Shown here piece after piece: positions 38,757-48,347 of a stretch of 64,000 nucleotides of DNA. The translations under genes were made by a program, and so were the position numbers. Position 1 is the stretch's first letter, and each line of letters begins with the position of its first letter. The notes beneath the pieces are model-generated. The model was not told where the DNA came from. It did not search any database and saw only the letters and a list, made by a program, of their open reading frames with translations. The stretch is from the NCBI GenBank assembly GCA_046483985.1, contig JAWOCD010000031.1, positions 44,571 through 108,570 on the forward strand, written 5' to 3'. The DNA comes from Promethearchaeia archaeon (GTDB lineage: Archaea > Asgardarchaeota > Lokiarchaeia > Sigyniarchaeales > SOKP01).

Positions 38757-39953
38757 ATGTTGGTATCATTTCCAAATATGGGTTATAACTGGGTAGCTTT
38801 TAAAACATTATTCGACTGTCTAGACGTTCCTGTCGTGTTACCCGATCCGACAAATAGAAAATCAGTCAAGTTCGGTGTGCGGCATAGTCCTGAATTTGTC
38901 TGTTTTCCGTTTAAAGCGACGCTTGGAGATTTCAAAAATGCTTTAGAGAAAGGCGCAGACACTCTCGTGATGGCAATTGATTGCGGTCCTTGCCGGTTCG
39001 GTTTTTATGCGAGCGCCCAAGAACGAATTCTGCGAGATTTAGGATATGACGATTTTCGAATGGTCCCTTTAGATCAAGCTGATCTCTTAGAATTAAAGTG
39101 GGTCAATACCTTATTTAAAGTGACAGAGGATCAAGGACTATTTAAATATGCAAAGGCCGTTAAAGCAGTCATCTTTTTCCTAAAAAAATCAAAATATATA
39201 GAGGATATTCAGACTGCAGAGGGGATTTTCCGGGCATATGAAGAAAATAAAGGCGATACCACCCGAACGGTGGATAAACTGCTGGACAAATTAGATCAAA
39301 TGAATACTTTAAAAGGGCTTCGAAACTTCCGTTCGGTTATCAAGGAAGAATTTAATCAAATTGACGTAGATAAAAGTCGCAACACCTTAAAGGTGGGTAT
39401 TTCTGGTGAAATTCACATCACTTTAGAACCTTATGTTAACTTAGATATCCGTCGTAAGTTGGGTAACATGGGCTGTGAAATACATCAGTCATTAAGTCTT
39501 TACGATTGGATAGTACATAAATTTCATTTAAATTACCACCGAAAATGGTTAAAACATTTAGCAGAGCCTCATATGTCAATGGACATTGGCGGGGAAGCTG
39601 TCTGGGTATTAGGCGAATATATTGATAAAGCGAATGCAGGTTTTGACGGATTTGTCCATCAATATCCCTTTACTTGCATGCCAGAACTTACGGCTCGGAC
39701 AATTATTGAAAATAAATTAAAGCCCGAATATGATTTGCCTGTAATTTTCTTTTCATTTGATGAGCAATCAGGACAAGAAGGCTTCAGAACGCGTCTGGAA
39801 GCATTCTGCGATTTAATGCAATCAAGGCGATCTCAGAGTTTGATCGGCCCCGGAAGTGAAACAATCAAAAAAGACAAGCAAGATGAGGTTAAATTGAATA
39901 ATTATGGTAATGTATTTTATCAAGAAATTAAACAATTAATTCAAACTAAATAA
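38757..39953 (+). CDS. 2-hydroxyacyl-CoA dehydratase-like subunit (PlsR-type domain)
   Basis: 'CFPFKATLG', 'GPCRFGFY', 'GEI', 'PFTCMPE', 'DEQSGQEGFRTRLEAF'. Confidence 0.75.
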   Translation: MLVSFPNMGYNWVAFKTLFDCLDVPVVLPDPTNRKSVKFGVRHSPEFVCFPFKATLGDFKNALEKGADTLVMAIDCGPCRFGFYASAQERILRDLGYDDFRMVPLDQADLLELKWVNTLFKVTEDQGLFKYAKAVKAVIFFLKKSKYIEDIQTAEGIFRAYEENKGDTTRTVDKLLDKLDQMNTLKGLRNFRSVIKEEFNQIDVDKSRNTLKVGISGEIHITLEPYVNLDIRRKLGNMGCEIHQSLSLYDWIVHKFHLNYHRKWLKHLAEPHMSMDIGGEAVWVLGEYIDKANAGFDGFVHQYPFTCMPELTARTIIENKLKPEYDLPVIFFSFDEQSGQEGFRTRLEAFCDLMQSRRSQSLIGPGSETIKKDKQDEVKLNNYGNVFYQEIKQLIQTK

Positions 39954-39964
39954 TAAAGAAGGAA

Positions 39965-40999
39965 TTGAATATGGTTCAAGCTAGAGAAAATATTACAAGT
40001 ACTAAAAAAATAAAACAAGATGCATTTCTTGGCATCGATGTAGGAAGTGTAAGTTGTAAATTTGTATTGATAGATGAAGATGGGAATATGCTAACTAATG
40101 TGTTTCTTAGAAACCGCGGATCACCGATTGATTCAGTGAAAGTTGGGATGGCAAAAATGAAATCCCATATAGAGGAAAACGAAGAACTACAGGAATACAA
40201 GATACGATCGTGTGGAACAACAGGATCAGCCCGATATTTAACAAAAGCAGTCGTTGGCGGTGATCTTGCAAAGACCGAAATTATTGCTCATGCAGTTGCT
40301 ACACAATCAATGTATCCCGACGTTAGAACAATCCTTGAAATCGGGGGGCAAGACAGTAAAATTATCATCCTTCGTGATGGGATTATCGTTGATTTTGCAA
40401 TGAATTCAGTATGCGCCGCTGGAACAGGATCTTTTTTAGATCACCAAGCAGAACGATTAAATATTCCTATAGAGGATTTTGGAAATTATGCTATCAAATC
40501 CGATAGTCCTGTATCCATTGCGGGACGATGTACGGTATTTGCTGAATCGGATATGATCCATAAACAAAACGCAGGACACTCAAAAGAAGATATCATTGCG
40601 GGGCTTTGTGATTCCTTGGTACGCAATTACTTAAACAACGTAGGAAAAGGAAAAGAATTGGCCGAACCAGTTGTGTTCCAAGGTGGAGTTTCTTATAACG
40701 AGGGTATTATAGAAGCATTTGAACGGCATTTGGAGTGTGAAGTGACAGTTCCCAAGCATAATGTATTAATGGGAGCACTCGGGATGGCAATTTTAGTAAG
40801 GGAATATTTTTACGAACATGGAAAGGAAACAAGTTTCCGTGGATTAAACGTCGCACAAACTGAATTTCATACCTCTACATTTCATTGTGGAGATTGCCCC
40901 AACAATTGCGAAATCGTTGAAGTAAAAATGCCCAACCAGGGAGATAAGATAATAGCACGCTGGGGAAGTAGATGTGGTAAATGGAGTATAGGGTGGTAG
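39965..40999 (+). CDS. ATP-dependent CoA-substrate-specific activator (BcrAD/BadFG/HgdC ASKHA ATPase) with Cys-rich tail
   Basis: 'GIDVGSVS', 'TTGSAR', 'EIGGQDSK', 'MNSVCAAGTGSFL', 'RCTVFAESD', tail 'CGDCPNNC...GSRC'. Confidence 0.9.
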   Translation: MNMVQARENITSTKKIKQDAFLGIDVGSVSCKFVLIDEDGNMLTNVFLRNRGSPIDSVKVGMAKMKSHIEENEELQEYKIRSCGTTGSARYLTKAVVGGDLAKTEIIAHAVATQSMYPDVRTILEIGGQDSKIIILRDGIIVDFAMNSVCAAGTGSFLDHQAERLNIPIEDFGNYAIKSDSPVSIAGRCTVFAESDMIHKQNAGHSKEDIIAGLCDSLVRNYLNNVGKGKELAEPVVFQGGVSYNEGIIEAFERHLECEVTVPKHNVLMGALGMAILVREYFYEHGKETSFRGLNVAQTEFHTSTFHCGDCPNNCEIVEVKMPNQGDKIIARWGSRCGKWSIGW

Positions 41000-41057
41000 T
41001 GGAGAAATGAGTGGAAATTTAATCTATTATTTATAAAATTAAAATAATTAAAATGGA

Positions 41058-41273
41058 GTGAAAAGCAAAGTGGAAAATGTAGAAAAGATTTTCAAAAATA
41101 TAAAAAAACTTGGGAAAGAAATTTTTGACACAGCAAACCATCGCACAAAGCTGCGAACAATATTTGATGCGTATACAGAAGAAGCTATCCCAACTTTTGT
41201 GAAAGAGGAAGATTTGAAAGAATATTATGAGGAACAAATGGAAAAAGTAAATGAGTTTATTTATAAATTATAA
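41058..41273 (+). CDS. Small hypothetical protein in the lipid operon
   Basis: 71 aa co-directional ORF filling the gap; amphipathic. Confidence 0.5.
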   Translation: MKSKVENVEKIFKNIKKLGKEIFDTANHRTKLRTIFDAYTEEAIPTFVKEEDLKEYYEEQMEKVNEFIYKL

Positions 41274-41320
41274 GGATTTTAAAAAGTTTTAAAACAAAGT
41301 AAAAATAAAAAAAAGAGTGA

Positions 41321-42037
41321 ATGAAAATGGTTGAAACAGCTTATAATACAACGGAAGAAAGCGCGGGTTTCGATAAAGATGAACTCATAAATGATCTCCT
41401 ATATGGAGCAACAAAGGGACTCGGAAAAATGGTGTCTAAGTATGTAAATAATTTGAAGATTGAAGGAAAAGGAAATGTGCCTATGCGTGGGAAGGCAATT
41501 TTAACAACAATTTCAAAAAACGCCCTTCGAGACATGGTCCTTATCAGTCAAGTATCAGGTAGAAAAATCCATTTTATGCTTGATCCAAAATTGATGAAGC
41601 AAAAAGTGGTTGGAGACTTCTTAAAACGATTGGGGATGTTTCGAAGTACGATCAGTAAAGACGACAAAGAACCAATAAATAAAGTGTTTAAGATCTTAAA
41701 TAAGAAGAAAGAACTGGTCGCCATGACGCCCGAGGAGAAATTAGGCAGAGAAACCATAATTAAAGCAATGGCCAGCATTATCAAGTTTGCAATCGCCGGA
41801 GATGCTCCAATAGTCCCGGTCGCGATTTACACGAGAACTAACAAAATTCTCAATATGATTCCAACAAGTTCATTGGTAGTACGGGTTGGAACACCGCTAA
41901 AATTAGACAGAAAATTAACCCGTGATAAATATCGCCCAAAACGATATAAAGCAGCGGAAGAGATAGTTAATATTATCGAACATCTGAAAAATGAGACCCC
42001 GATAGACGAATCAGACAAGAATTCATCATCAGAATAA
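41321..42037 (+). CDS. Degenerate PlsC-fold protein (lacks the catalytic His)
   Basis: 'IEGKGNVP..GKAIL', block I reads 'TISKNALRD' instead of NHxSxxD, 'MTPEEK' instead of FPEG, 'APIVPVAI', 'VRVGTPL'. Confidence 0.7.
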   Translation: MKMVETAYNTTEESAGFDKDELINDLLYGATKGLGKMVSKYVNNLKIEGKGNVPMRGKAILTTISKNALRDMVLISQVSGRKIHFMLDPKLMKQKVVGDFLKRLGMFRSTISKDDKEPINKVFKILNKKKELVAMTPEEKLGRETIIKAMASIIKFAIAGDAPIVPVAIYTRTNKILNMIPTSSLVVRVGTPLKLDRKLTRDKYRPKRYKAAEEIVNIIEHLKNETPIDESDKNSSSE

Positions 42038-42055
42038 TAAATGAGCTGAAAGACA

Positions 42056-42325
42056 GTGGAAAAATTAAAAGAGAAAAACCCCGAAGAATCCTCAGATAAG
42101 AATTGCCATCCCAAAGAAAATGAAGATCTTAATATGAAGAAGGTGAAGAAAATGTTCGGCGACTTAGATATTGATAAGGAACTGAGTGGATTATTCTATA
42201 ATTCAATAAAACTTTTCTTTGAACTTGGAAGGGAACTCACCGAAAATCTAGACGAAGAGCTGTATGACAAAGCACTTAAAATGTATCAGCAGAAAAAGAA
42301 TAAAAAAGAAAAAAGTAACATTTAA
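42056..42325 (+). CDS. Small charged hypothetical protein
   Basis: 89 aa co-directional ORF at the operon end. Confidence 0.5.
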   Translation: MEKLKEKNPEESSDKNCHPKENEDLNMKKVKKMFGDLDIDKELSGLFYNSIKLFFELGRELTENLDEELYDKALKMYQQKKNKKEKSNI

Positions 42326-42514
42326 GATTTTTTCTATTTTTCATTTTAAAAAATCTTATTTTGCTTGTAATTTAAACTGTAGTTATATTGAGATTCAAAG
42401 ATATGATCCATATTTAAAAATTAACAAAAAGGCAATTCTCTCCCATAGAAAGCGGTCGAACAGACATGTGATAAAGGAAGGAAAGAAAAAGCATGAGAAT
42501 CTCGTTCTACTTAG

Positions 42515-42691
42515 TTAGTCCTTCTTCTGTTCCTCACGTTTAATATCAAGGAAACGCTCGACTCGGCGGCGAACAGCATCTATAATGAATTCCGAGTGGG
42601 ATCTATAACCAAGTTCCTTTTGCTCCTCAATAATTTTAAGTATTGATTCAACCAAATCTTCGGGGATTCTTACTGTGCGATAATTAGGCAT
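42515..42691 (-). CDS. Ribbon-helix-helix (CopG/Arc/MetJ) regulator (not in ORF track)
   Basis: MPNYRTVRIPEDLVESILKIIEEQKELGYRSHSEFIIDAVRRRVERFLDIKREEQKKD*, 58 aa. Confidence 0.8.
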   Translation of the reverse strand: MPNYRTVRIPEDLVESILKIIEEQKELGYRSHSEFIIDAVRRRVERFLDIKREEQKKD

Positions 42692-42980
42692 AATTAAAAC
42701 AAACAGACAATGTTAATTTTATATTTTTTTTTTTTTTTATATTATGGAGAAAACAAATATGATTTTTTCTTGACACGCTAACTATTTCTCTCTGTGTTCT
42801 ATGAATAAAAAAATTCAAATATATTAATAGTTTTGTATTTTTTTGTTAATTTACATTAAATTCTTTGACTATAAAGTGAAAGTACGGGGAAAATATTGAA
42901 TTATTAATGAGTTATCCTTGTTTAAAATGATTAAAAAATAAAAAATCTCTTCAATTATATAATAAACTATTCATTTATAA

Positions 42981-43016
42981 TTCCTTTTAATTCCTTTTAA
43001 TTCCTTTTAATTCCTT
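42981..43016 (+). repeat. Short tandem repeat (ttccttttaa x ~3.6)
   Basis: Visible directly in the intergenic sequence. Confidence 0.85.
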
Positions 43017-43114
43017 CATAAATCCAACTTTTTCTAAAAAAATTAGATAAGATTATCCACAGACAGTAATTGAAATGAGAAATACGCCAGAAACTTCAAT
43101 AAACAAAACTTCAA

Positions 43115-44041
43115 TCAAACACGCTTCTCATAATTAATGAGTACCACTGCAACTAGTACTATAACCCCCCCAAGTATGTTCCATATTACAATGACTTCTT
43201 CTCTTTGGAGCAGTGTTGAGATAAGGAGAGTAATAAATGGTTCAAAATATAAAAATGAAGCAACTTTAGAGGACATTAAGTTTTTTTGAGAATATTGCCA
43301 AATATAATACCCGACCACATAGCATCCTACACCCAAATACAGACCACTTAAAAGGACAACCGGATGAAAAAAAAATTGCAAAAATATCTCCAATTCATTG
43401 GAAAATACAACTAAAAAAAACAACTCTAATGTCCCCAAATATCCAATATATTCAAGCATTCGGTGATGGGAATTAGTTTTTGGAATTTTCTTGGTCAAGG
43501 TTGAATAGATACTCCAAGAAACAGGGGTTAAAAGAGCAAAAAAAAATCCTAAGAAACTGGGAGAGGAGGGAAAAAGAGTTCCTAGATCCCCTCCCGTCAC
43601 CAACAAAAAGCCTCCAATGCTTGCAATTATAAAACCGATCGCCTTTAATAGAGTGAGAGGTTCTTTGAAAAGGAAAAGTGCAAGAAAAGAGATCAATACG
43701 GGTGACAAAAGACAGACAAATAGAGCCGGAAGGGAAGGACCGATCAGTTCAATAGCATTATATTGTGTATAGAAAAAAAAAGAAACCCCAGTAAGGCTTG
43801 CAAAGAATAGATAGACCCATGAACTTAAGGAATATGAAGTCTTTTTCTGAGAAGAAGAATCTGAAGTAAATATCTTTCTGTAAATCCGTATTAATATGTA
43901 AGTGCCAGAAGCGATAACAAAACGATATAGAGCAACAGAAAGAGGAGGGATATATTCTACGGAGATATCAACGACGACGAAAGAAAAACTCCATATAATA
44001 ATCATTAAGGTAAGTAACAGATAGTTTTCATACTTCTTCAT
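43115..44041 (-). CDS. DMT/EamA family transporter
   Basis: Two EamA repeats, ~10 TMs, 'IWSFSF', 'LFKEPL', 'FLYFEP'. Confidence 0.88.
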   Translation of the reverse strand: MKKYENYLLLTLMIIIWSFSFVVVDISVEYIPPLSVALYRFVIASGTYILIRIYRKIFTSDSSSQKKTSYSLSSWVYLFFASLTGVSFFFYTQYNAIELIGPSLPALFVCLLSPVLISFLALFLFKEPLTLLKAIGFIIASIGGFLLVTGGDLGTLFPSSPSFLGFFFALLTPVSWSIYSTLTKKIPKTNSHHRMLEYIGYLGTLELFFLVVFSNELEIFLQFFFHPVVLLSGLYLGVGCYVVGYYIWQYSQKNLMSSKVASFLYFEPFITLLISTLLQREEVIVIWNILGGVIVLVAVVLINYEKRV

Positions 44042-44048
44042 ATGAATC

Positions 44049-44441
44049 TTACTTCAGTATCTTTATCTCATATAGGTTATCGTATGCATCTTTGATAAAA
44101 TAATAAAACCCTTCTCCTTGTCTCGGAATCTTCTTAATGTCGAAATCCATAGCATTCGCACGGGAGAGTAATCTATCAGGGTCTTTCACAAGTAAACAAT
44201 TGTGAGTAAAGATGTCCCTTGCTTTTTCATTTTCATCTGTAATAAATACCTCCGCATTAATATGTTCTGACTCGTATCGAATCGCGCGCCTCTTCTTTTT
44301 AACCCCAAAAATTTTCTCCGTTAAATCTGGAGAAATATCAAAAGAGCGCACTTTTTTCATTTCCAAGAGGTTAACAAAAAAATTATCGCTATTCTTTTCC
44401 GAATTTGATGCAACCGCAATATGTTCTAAATTCATCTTCAT
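44049..44441 (-). CDS. VOC/glyoxalase family protein
   Basis: 'LEHIAV', 'THNCL', 'FIKDAYDNLYEI'. Confidence 0.8.
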   Translation of the reverse strand: MKMNLEHIAVASNSEKNSDNFFVNLLEMKKVRSFDISPDLTEKIFGVKKKRRAIRYESEHINAEVFITDENEKARDIFTHNCLLVKDPDRLLSRANAMDFDIKKIPRQGEGFYYFIKDAYDNLYEIKILK

Positions 44442-44500
44442 TATTATAGGTTAATCAATTAATAATTAGTTTTATTATTATCTGAGATAAATAATTTTAT

Positions 44501-44772
44501 CAAAAAACAAAAGAAAACATCATCCCTAGGATGGAGATGAATTTTGCGTTTAAATCCCTAAATATCTTAAGACCATATTTTTAAATAGGTCAATATCTAA
44601 CTTATAATTATACAATGCTTCGGATTAATACCTACCTTAACATTAATATAGTTCATAATTATAAAAAGAAGCAGAACCGTAATTTCCGGTTGGAGAACCA
44701 ACCTATATTATCTCGTGGAATGATCACACATTAGAGAATAGGAATCGCACGCTTTTAGGCGTGAGTAGTTCA
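44501..44772 (+). mobile_element. Non-autonomous IS200/IS605-type element (MITE/PATE-like), copy 2
   Basis: Preceded by TTTAT; left-end hairpin CATCATCCCTAGGATGGAGATG; right end GAATCGCACGCTTTTAGGCGTGAGTAGTTCA; homologous to 30610..30860. Confidence 0.78.
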
Positions 44773-44849
44773 TAATCAATGGTACACTTTAATTAATTAA
44801 AGTATTTTCTACAGAAAAAAATAAATTTACCTTAAATCGGGACATTAAT

Positions 44850-45437
44850 GTGAAGAAAATTGTATATAATCTAAATCTAGCGATAGTGGGTTCTTTAAAT
44901 TCCAGAAAAAAAAGATTATTAGATGTCTTAGAATCGGTAGTTTTAGAACAAAGGGAAAAAAGAAACTTCCGAGAATTTCAGATTTTATATCACCACATTA
45001 TGTTTAAATTAAAAATTTTTACTTCTGCGTCATTCAAGGAATTAAAGAAAAAAATATCAGACGTTCAAAGATTAGACGGTTTAATGATAGTGATTAATGT
45101 CTACGAAAGGAAATTTTTTAACTCCTCATTAGATAAAAAAATAGAATCTCTTAAAGGGACAATTGAATTTGAAAATTATAAAATTTTAGTGGCGTCCGAA
45201 CAACAAGCTTTTGCAGAGAGATATAAAATTCGAGAGAATGAGTTAATTCAGAAAGCGAAAGATTTAGACTTTATTTACTGTTTTAAAATAGATAACCAAA
45301 CAGATAATGGAGATATTTTAGGAATATTTCATAAAATCCTAGAAGATTCCATTTTAAAGTTTGAAAACTCTAATCCTGAGTTGTTTGAATTAGCAAAGAT
45401 TTATGGTAAGCATGTAGAAGAAAAGGAAGAAATATAA
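44850..45437 (+). CDS. Hypothetical protein, degenerate small-GTPase-like fold
   Basis: 'LNLAIVGSLNSRKKRLL' (P-loop position), 'FKLKIF', 'DGLMIVINV', 'KILVA', 'IFHKILEDSI'; G-motifs not conserved. Confidence 0.45.
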   Translation: MKKIVYNLNLAIVGSLNSRKKRLLDVLESVVLEQREKRNFREFQILYHHIMFKLKIFTSASFKELKKKISDVQRLDGLMIVINVYERKFFNSSLDKKIESLKGTIEFENYKILVASEQQAFAERYKIRENELIQKAKDLDFIYCFKIDNQTDNGDILGIFHKILEDSILKFENSNPELFELAKIYGKHVEEKEEI

Positions 45438-45462
45438 ATGATAAATCGATTTTTGTGAAAAT

Positions 45463-46707
45463 TTAGATAAAAAGCCTACTCCCTATAAAACTTGCCAAAT
45501 CCATGACTTTTATCTTTTCTTTCAATTTTTTTTGCTCGTTTGCTAAGGCGGGCTCACTTAAATAACAAATAAAATGCGATAGACATTTTATACAAGGAAC
45601 CAGTAAATATTCAGCACCCGTTTCAGCAGCCTCATTTATTCGCATTTTTCTTAATTGTCTCGTAAATTCTGTACACCCCGAGAATGCAGAAACGCCGCAA
45701 CATTTTGCATCTTCTTTTATATGTTCCATTTCGAGAAGTTTTACGCCAGGAATTTTTTTTATGATCTCTCGTGGGGTATCAAATAATTTAGGTCCAAAAC
45801 GACCAATTCGACAGGAATCATGATATGTCACTGTAACCGGGTTTTCCTTTGGAAATCGAACCTGTTCAAGAATATTATGTTTTAGAAAGTATTCTGTATA
45901 ATGGAGAACCTCAAAATCACAATCTTCAACAACTTTTGGATAATCTATCTTCCATGTTCTGTAGTCCTCTGCATCAACCACAATTAAAGTTTTTACTCCG
46001 GCTTGTTTGAACAATTCTACATTATAATGTGCTAATTTTTTAAAGGTTTCCTCATCACCGCGCCCCCATAACGAATCATGGCCCGATAATTTCTCACGTA
46101 ACACAACAGGAGAAATACCTACTTCATTCAATAAACTAATAACAGTTATAGGGGATTTTAAATAGTCCACATCAAATTCGAAAGGAATATCTTCCATGAA
46201 AGGTGCCGGTCCTACAAATAACCCAATTTCGCCAGCTTCTTGTATTTGAAGATCTTTCTCCTCAAGGAAACTTAAGTGATTAGGGGGATTGGGGTTCTCC
46301 GCCATAAGATTTGCAATTAAAGGGAATATCCCATCGTGAGTTTCACATTGAGAGATTTTTTCTAATTCTTCTTCAATTCCTTCTTTAACGGCGAGTTTTC
46401 TTAATTCCAAGATTAGTTCTGGAATCTGAACCCCTTCTTCCCCTTTTGTCATGGGACAATACACTGTGCATTGACCGCAGGTTAAACATTGCCATATGTT
46501 ATTTTTTTCCAAGGCTTCTTCGACTGATTTATATACAATATCATCGATTAATTGTCGAGGAGAAAAAATATCTAAATGAGCCAAGAGGCATACATTGACG
46601 CAGCGGTTACAATTATAGCAATAGTTTGCACGTGCTCTCACTTTCTGAATGATATCTTGCGATTCGAACAATTTCTTATTCTTTTTTTTAGTTGCCGTCA
46701 TATTCAA
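45463..46707 (-). CDS. HdrD-like Fe-S/CCG protein (first CCG domain Cys-less)
   Basis: 'CYNCNRCVNVC', 'CLTCGQCTVYCP', 'YHDSCRIGR', 'KCCG', 'PCIKC'. Confidence 0.82.
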   Translation of the reverse strand: MNMTATKKKNKKLFESQDIIQKVRARANYCYNCNRCVNVCLLAHLDIFSPRQLIDDIVYKSVEEALEKNNIWQCLTCGQCTVYCPMTKGEEGVQIPELILELRKLAVKEGIEEELEKISQCETHDGIFPLIANLMAENPNPPNHLSFLEEKDLQIQEAGEIGLFVGPAPFMEDIPFEFDVDYLKSPITVISLLNEVGISPVVLREKLSGHDSLWGRGDEETFKKLAHYNVELFKQAGVKTLIVVDAEDYRTWKIDYPKVVEDCDFEVLHYTEYFLKHNILEQVRFPKENPVTVTYHDSCRIGRFGPKLFDTPREIIKKIPGVKLLEMEHIKEDAKCCGVSAFSGCTEFTRQLRKMRINEAAETGAEYLLVPCIKCLSHFICYLSEPALANEQKKLKEKIKVMDLASFIGSRLFI

Positions 46708-46844
46708 AAAATAGAATTATCTTAACTCTTACCAATGATAATTAATTCAATATTTTTAATGCTATCATTTTTTTAAATAAGAAATTTTAAACTCCAGCTT
46801 GTATACATATAAACATTAAAATTGGTTGAATTAATTGTTATCTT

Positions 46845-47588
46845 ATGGAGAAAGAACAAAAGATTCAGATAGCCCTTGCTAAAGTAAGTGGCAAAATAAT
46901 AGAGGACAAAAAAAAGTTAAAGAATCTTATTATTCAATGTAAGAAGATTACATATGATAAGCAATACCTAAAAAAGATTATACTTATTCCAGGTGGAGGG
47001 AGTTCTGCAAATTTAATACGTTTTATTAATGCTCAACTCAAAATAAGCAATGACTTGGCTCACTGGATGGCCATCTTAGCTATGGACTTTAATGCAGATC
47101 GGATTCATCGAAGGTTTCCTTCTCTTAAAATTAGTGATACAATCGAGAAATTAAAGGAAGATACAGAGTCAAGGATCATACTCCTTAAACCTTTTCAGTT
47201 TCTCTATGAAGAGGATGCCTTACCTCATAGTTGGGATATTACTTCTGACTCAATCACATTATATATTGCACATAAATTAAAACTTTCAAATTGCTTCTTG
47301 ATAAAGGATGTAGCGGGCATATATTTAAAAGATGAAGAGAGAGTAATAAAAGAGATTACAGCTAATGAGATTATAAAGTTAAAAAAAAATAACAAATTAA
47401 CAAACTTGGGAAATAAAAATGAAAATCTTAAAAAATCCCGGCCCATTGACGAATATTTACCTATTTACATCAAGAAATTCGGCATAGATTGTATTTTCAT
47501 TAATTTTGGAGAAAACCTCTTGGTCCGCTTTTTCGACGAGTCTGTAAATAAGCAAGACCTTATTTTCACAAAAATATCGCATATCTGA
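46845..47588 (+). CDS. mfnE: Amino-acid-kinase family, MfnE-like (methanofuran biosynthesis kinase)
   Basis: 'IPGGG..ANLIR', 'AHWMAILAMD', 'LPHSWDITSDSI', 'IKDVAGIY'. Confidence 0.72.
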   Translation: MEKEQKIQIALAKVSGKIIEDKKKLKNLIIQCKKITYDKQYLKKIILIPGGGSSANLIRFINAQLKISNDLAHWMAILAMDFNADRIHRRFPSLKISDTIEKLKEDTESRIILLKPFQFLYEEDALPHSWDITSDSITLYIAHKLKLSNCFLIKDVAGIYLKDEERVIKEITANEIIKLKKNNKLTNLGNKNENLKKSRPIDEYLPIYIKKFGIDCIFINFGENLLVRFFDESVNKQDLIFTKISHI

Positions 47589-47639
47589 ATTAAATTTATT
47601 AATTTATAGAATTAATATTATAATTAAAGTTACCACATT

Positions 47640-48347
47640 TTGGGAAAAAATATGGATCTCTCTCGTATTATACAAGTATATGTTATTCAACTCGGTGTTG
47701 GTGGAATATTTTACTTGGTAATAGCGTTTTTGATTCTGAGACGCAATAGGAACCGATTAAATAAAATATTTTCAATGTACTTTATCTCAATCGCAATAGG
47801 AACCATAATCAATGTCATCTATGTATCTTTGGAGTCTATTTTTATTATTAAAGTACTGAACATACTCACTTATTATTTTTTCTGTTTTGGTCAAGTCTTC
47901 CTTTTATTATTTAGTCTCATTTTGATCAAATCAGAACGGGTAATTAATACCAAAAAACAATTAATCATCATTATTGTATTCGCAATCCTCCTAACGGGTC
48001 TTTTCGTAATTGGATTAGGGTTTAATGCAGTCACATTAAATGACAAAAATAAACCAGTTTGGGATTTTTTGTTTGTATCCTACACCTTAATTGTGTGTGG
48101 ATTATATAACTTCATTCCAACTTTATATTTTTCCGCGGAGATTTATAAAAAATTTGAAGATCAACAATTAAAAAGGAAATGGAAATTCTTTCTTTTGGGA
48201 ATTATCATCTACTACTTCGTTTGGGGAGGGACCACACTTTCAAATCACTTAAACATTCCCGCCTTTAGAATGGTCTGGTCCCTGATTTCTTTAATTGCAT
48301 TAATCAGTACATATACGATTTATTATGGGGTTGGAAAGCAGTTATAA
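47640..48347 (+). CDS. 7-TM membrane protein (HisKA_7TM-like sensor domain, stand-alone)
   Basis: Seven hydrophobic helices; 'RNRNRLNKIFS', 'LKRKWKFFLLG'. Confidence 0.65.
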   Translation: MGKNMDLSRIIQVYVIQLGVGGIFYLVIAFLILRRNRNRLNKIFSMYFISIAIGTIINVIYVSLESIFIIKVLNILTYYFFCFGQVFLLLFSLILIKSERVINTKKQLIIIIVFAILLTGLFVIGLGFNAVTLNDKNKPVWDFLFVSYTLIVCGLYNFIPTLYFSAEIYKKFEDQQLKRKWKFFLLGIIIYYFVWGGTTLSNHLNIPAFRMVWSLISLIALISTYTIYYGVGKQL

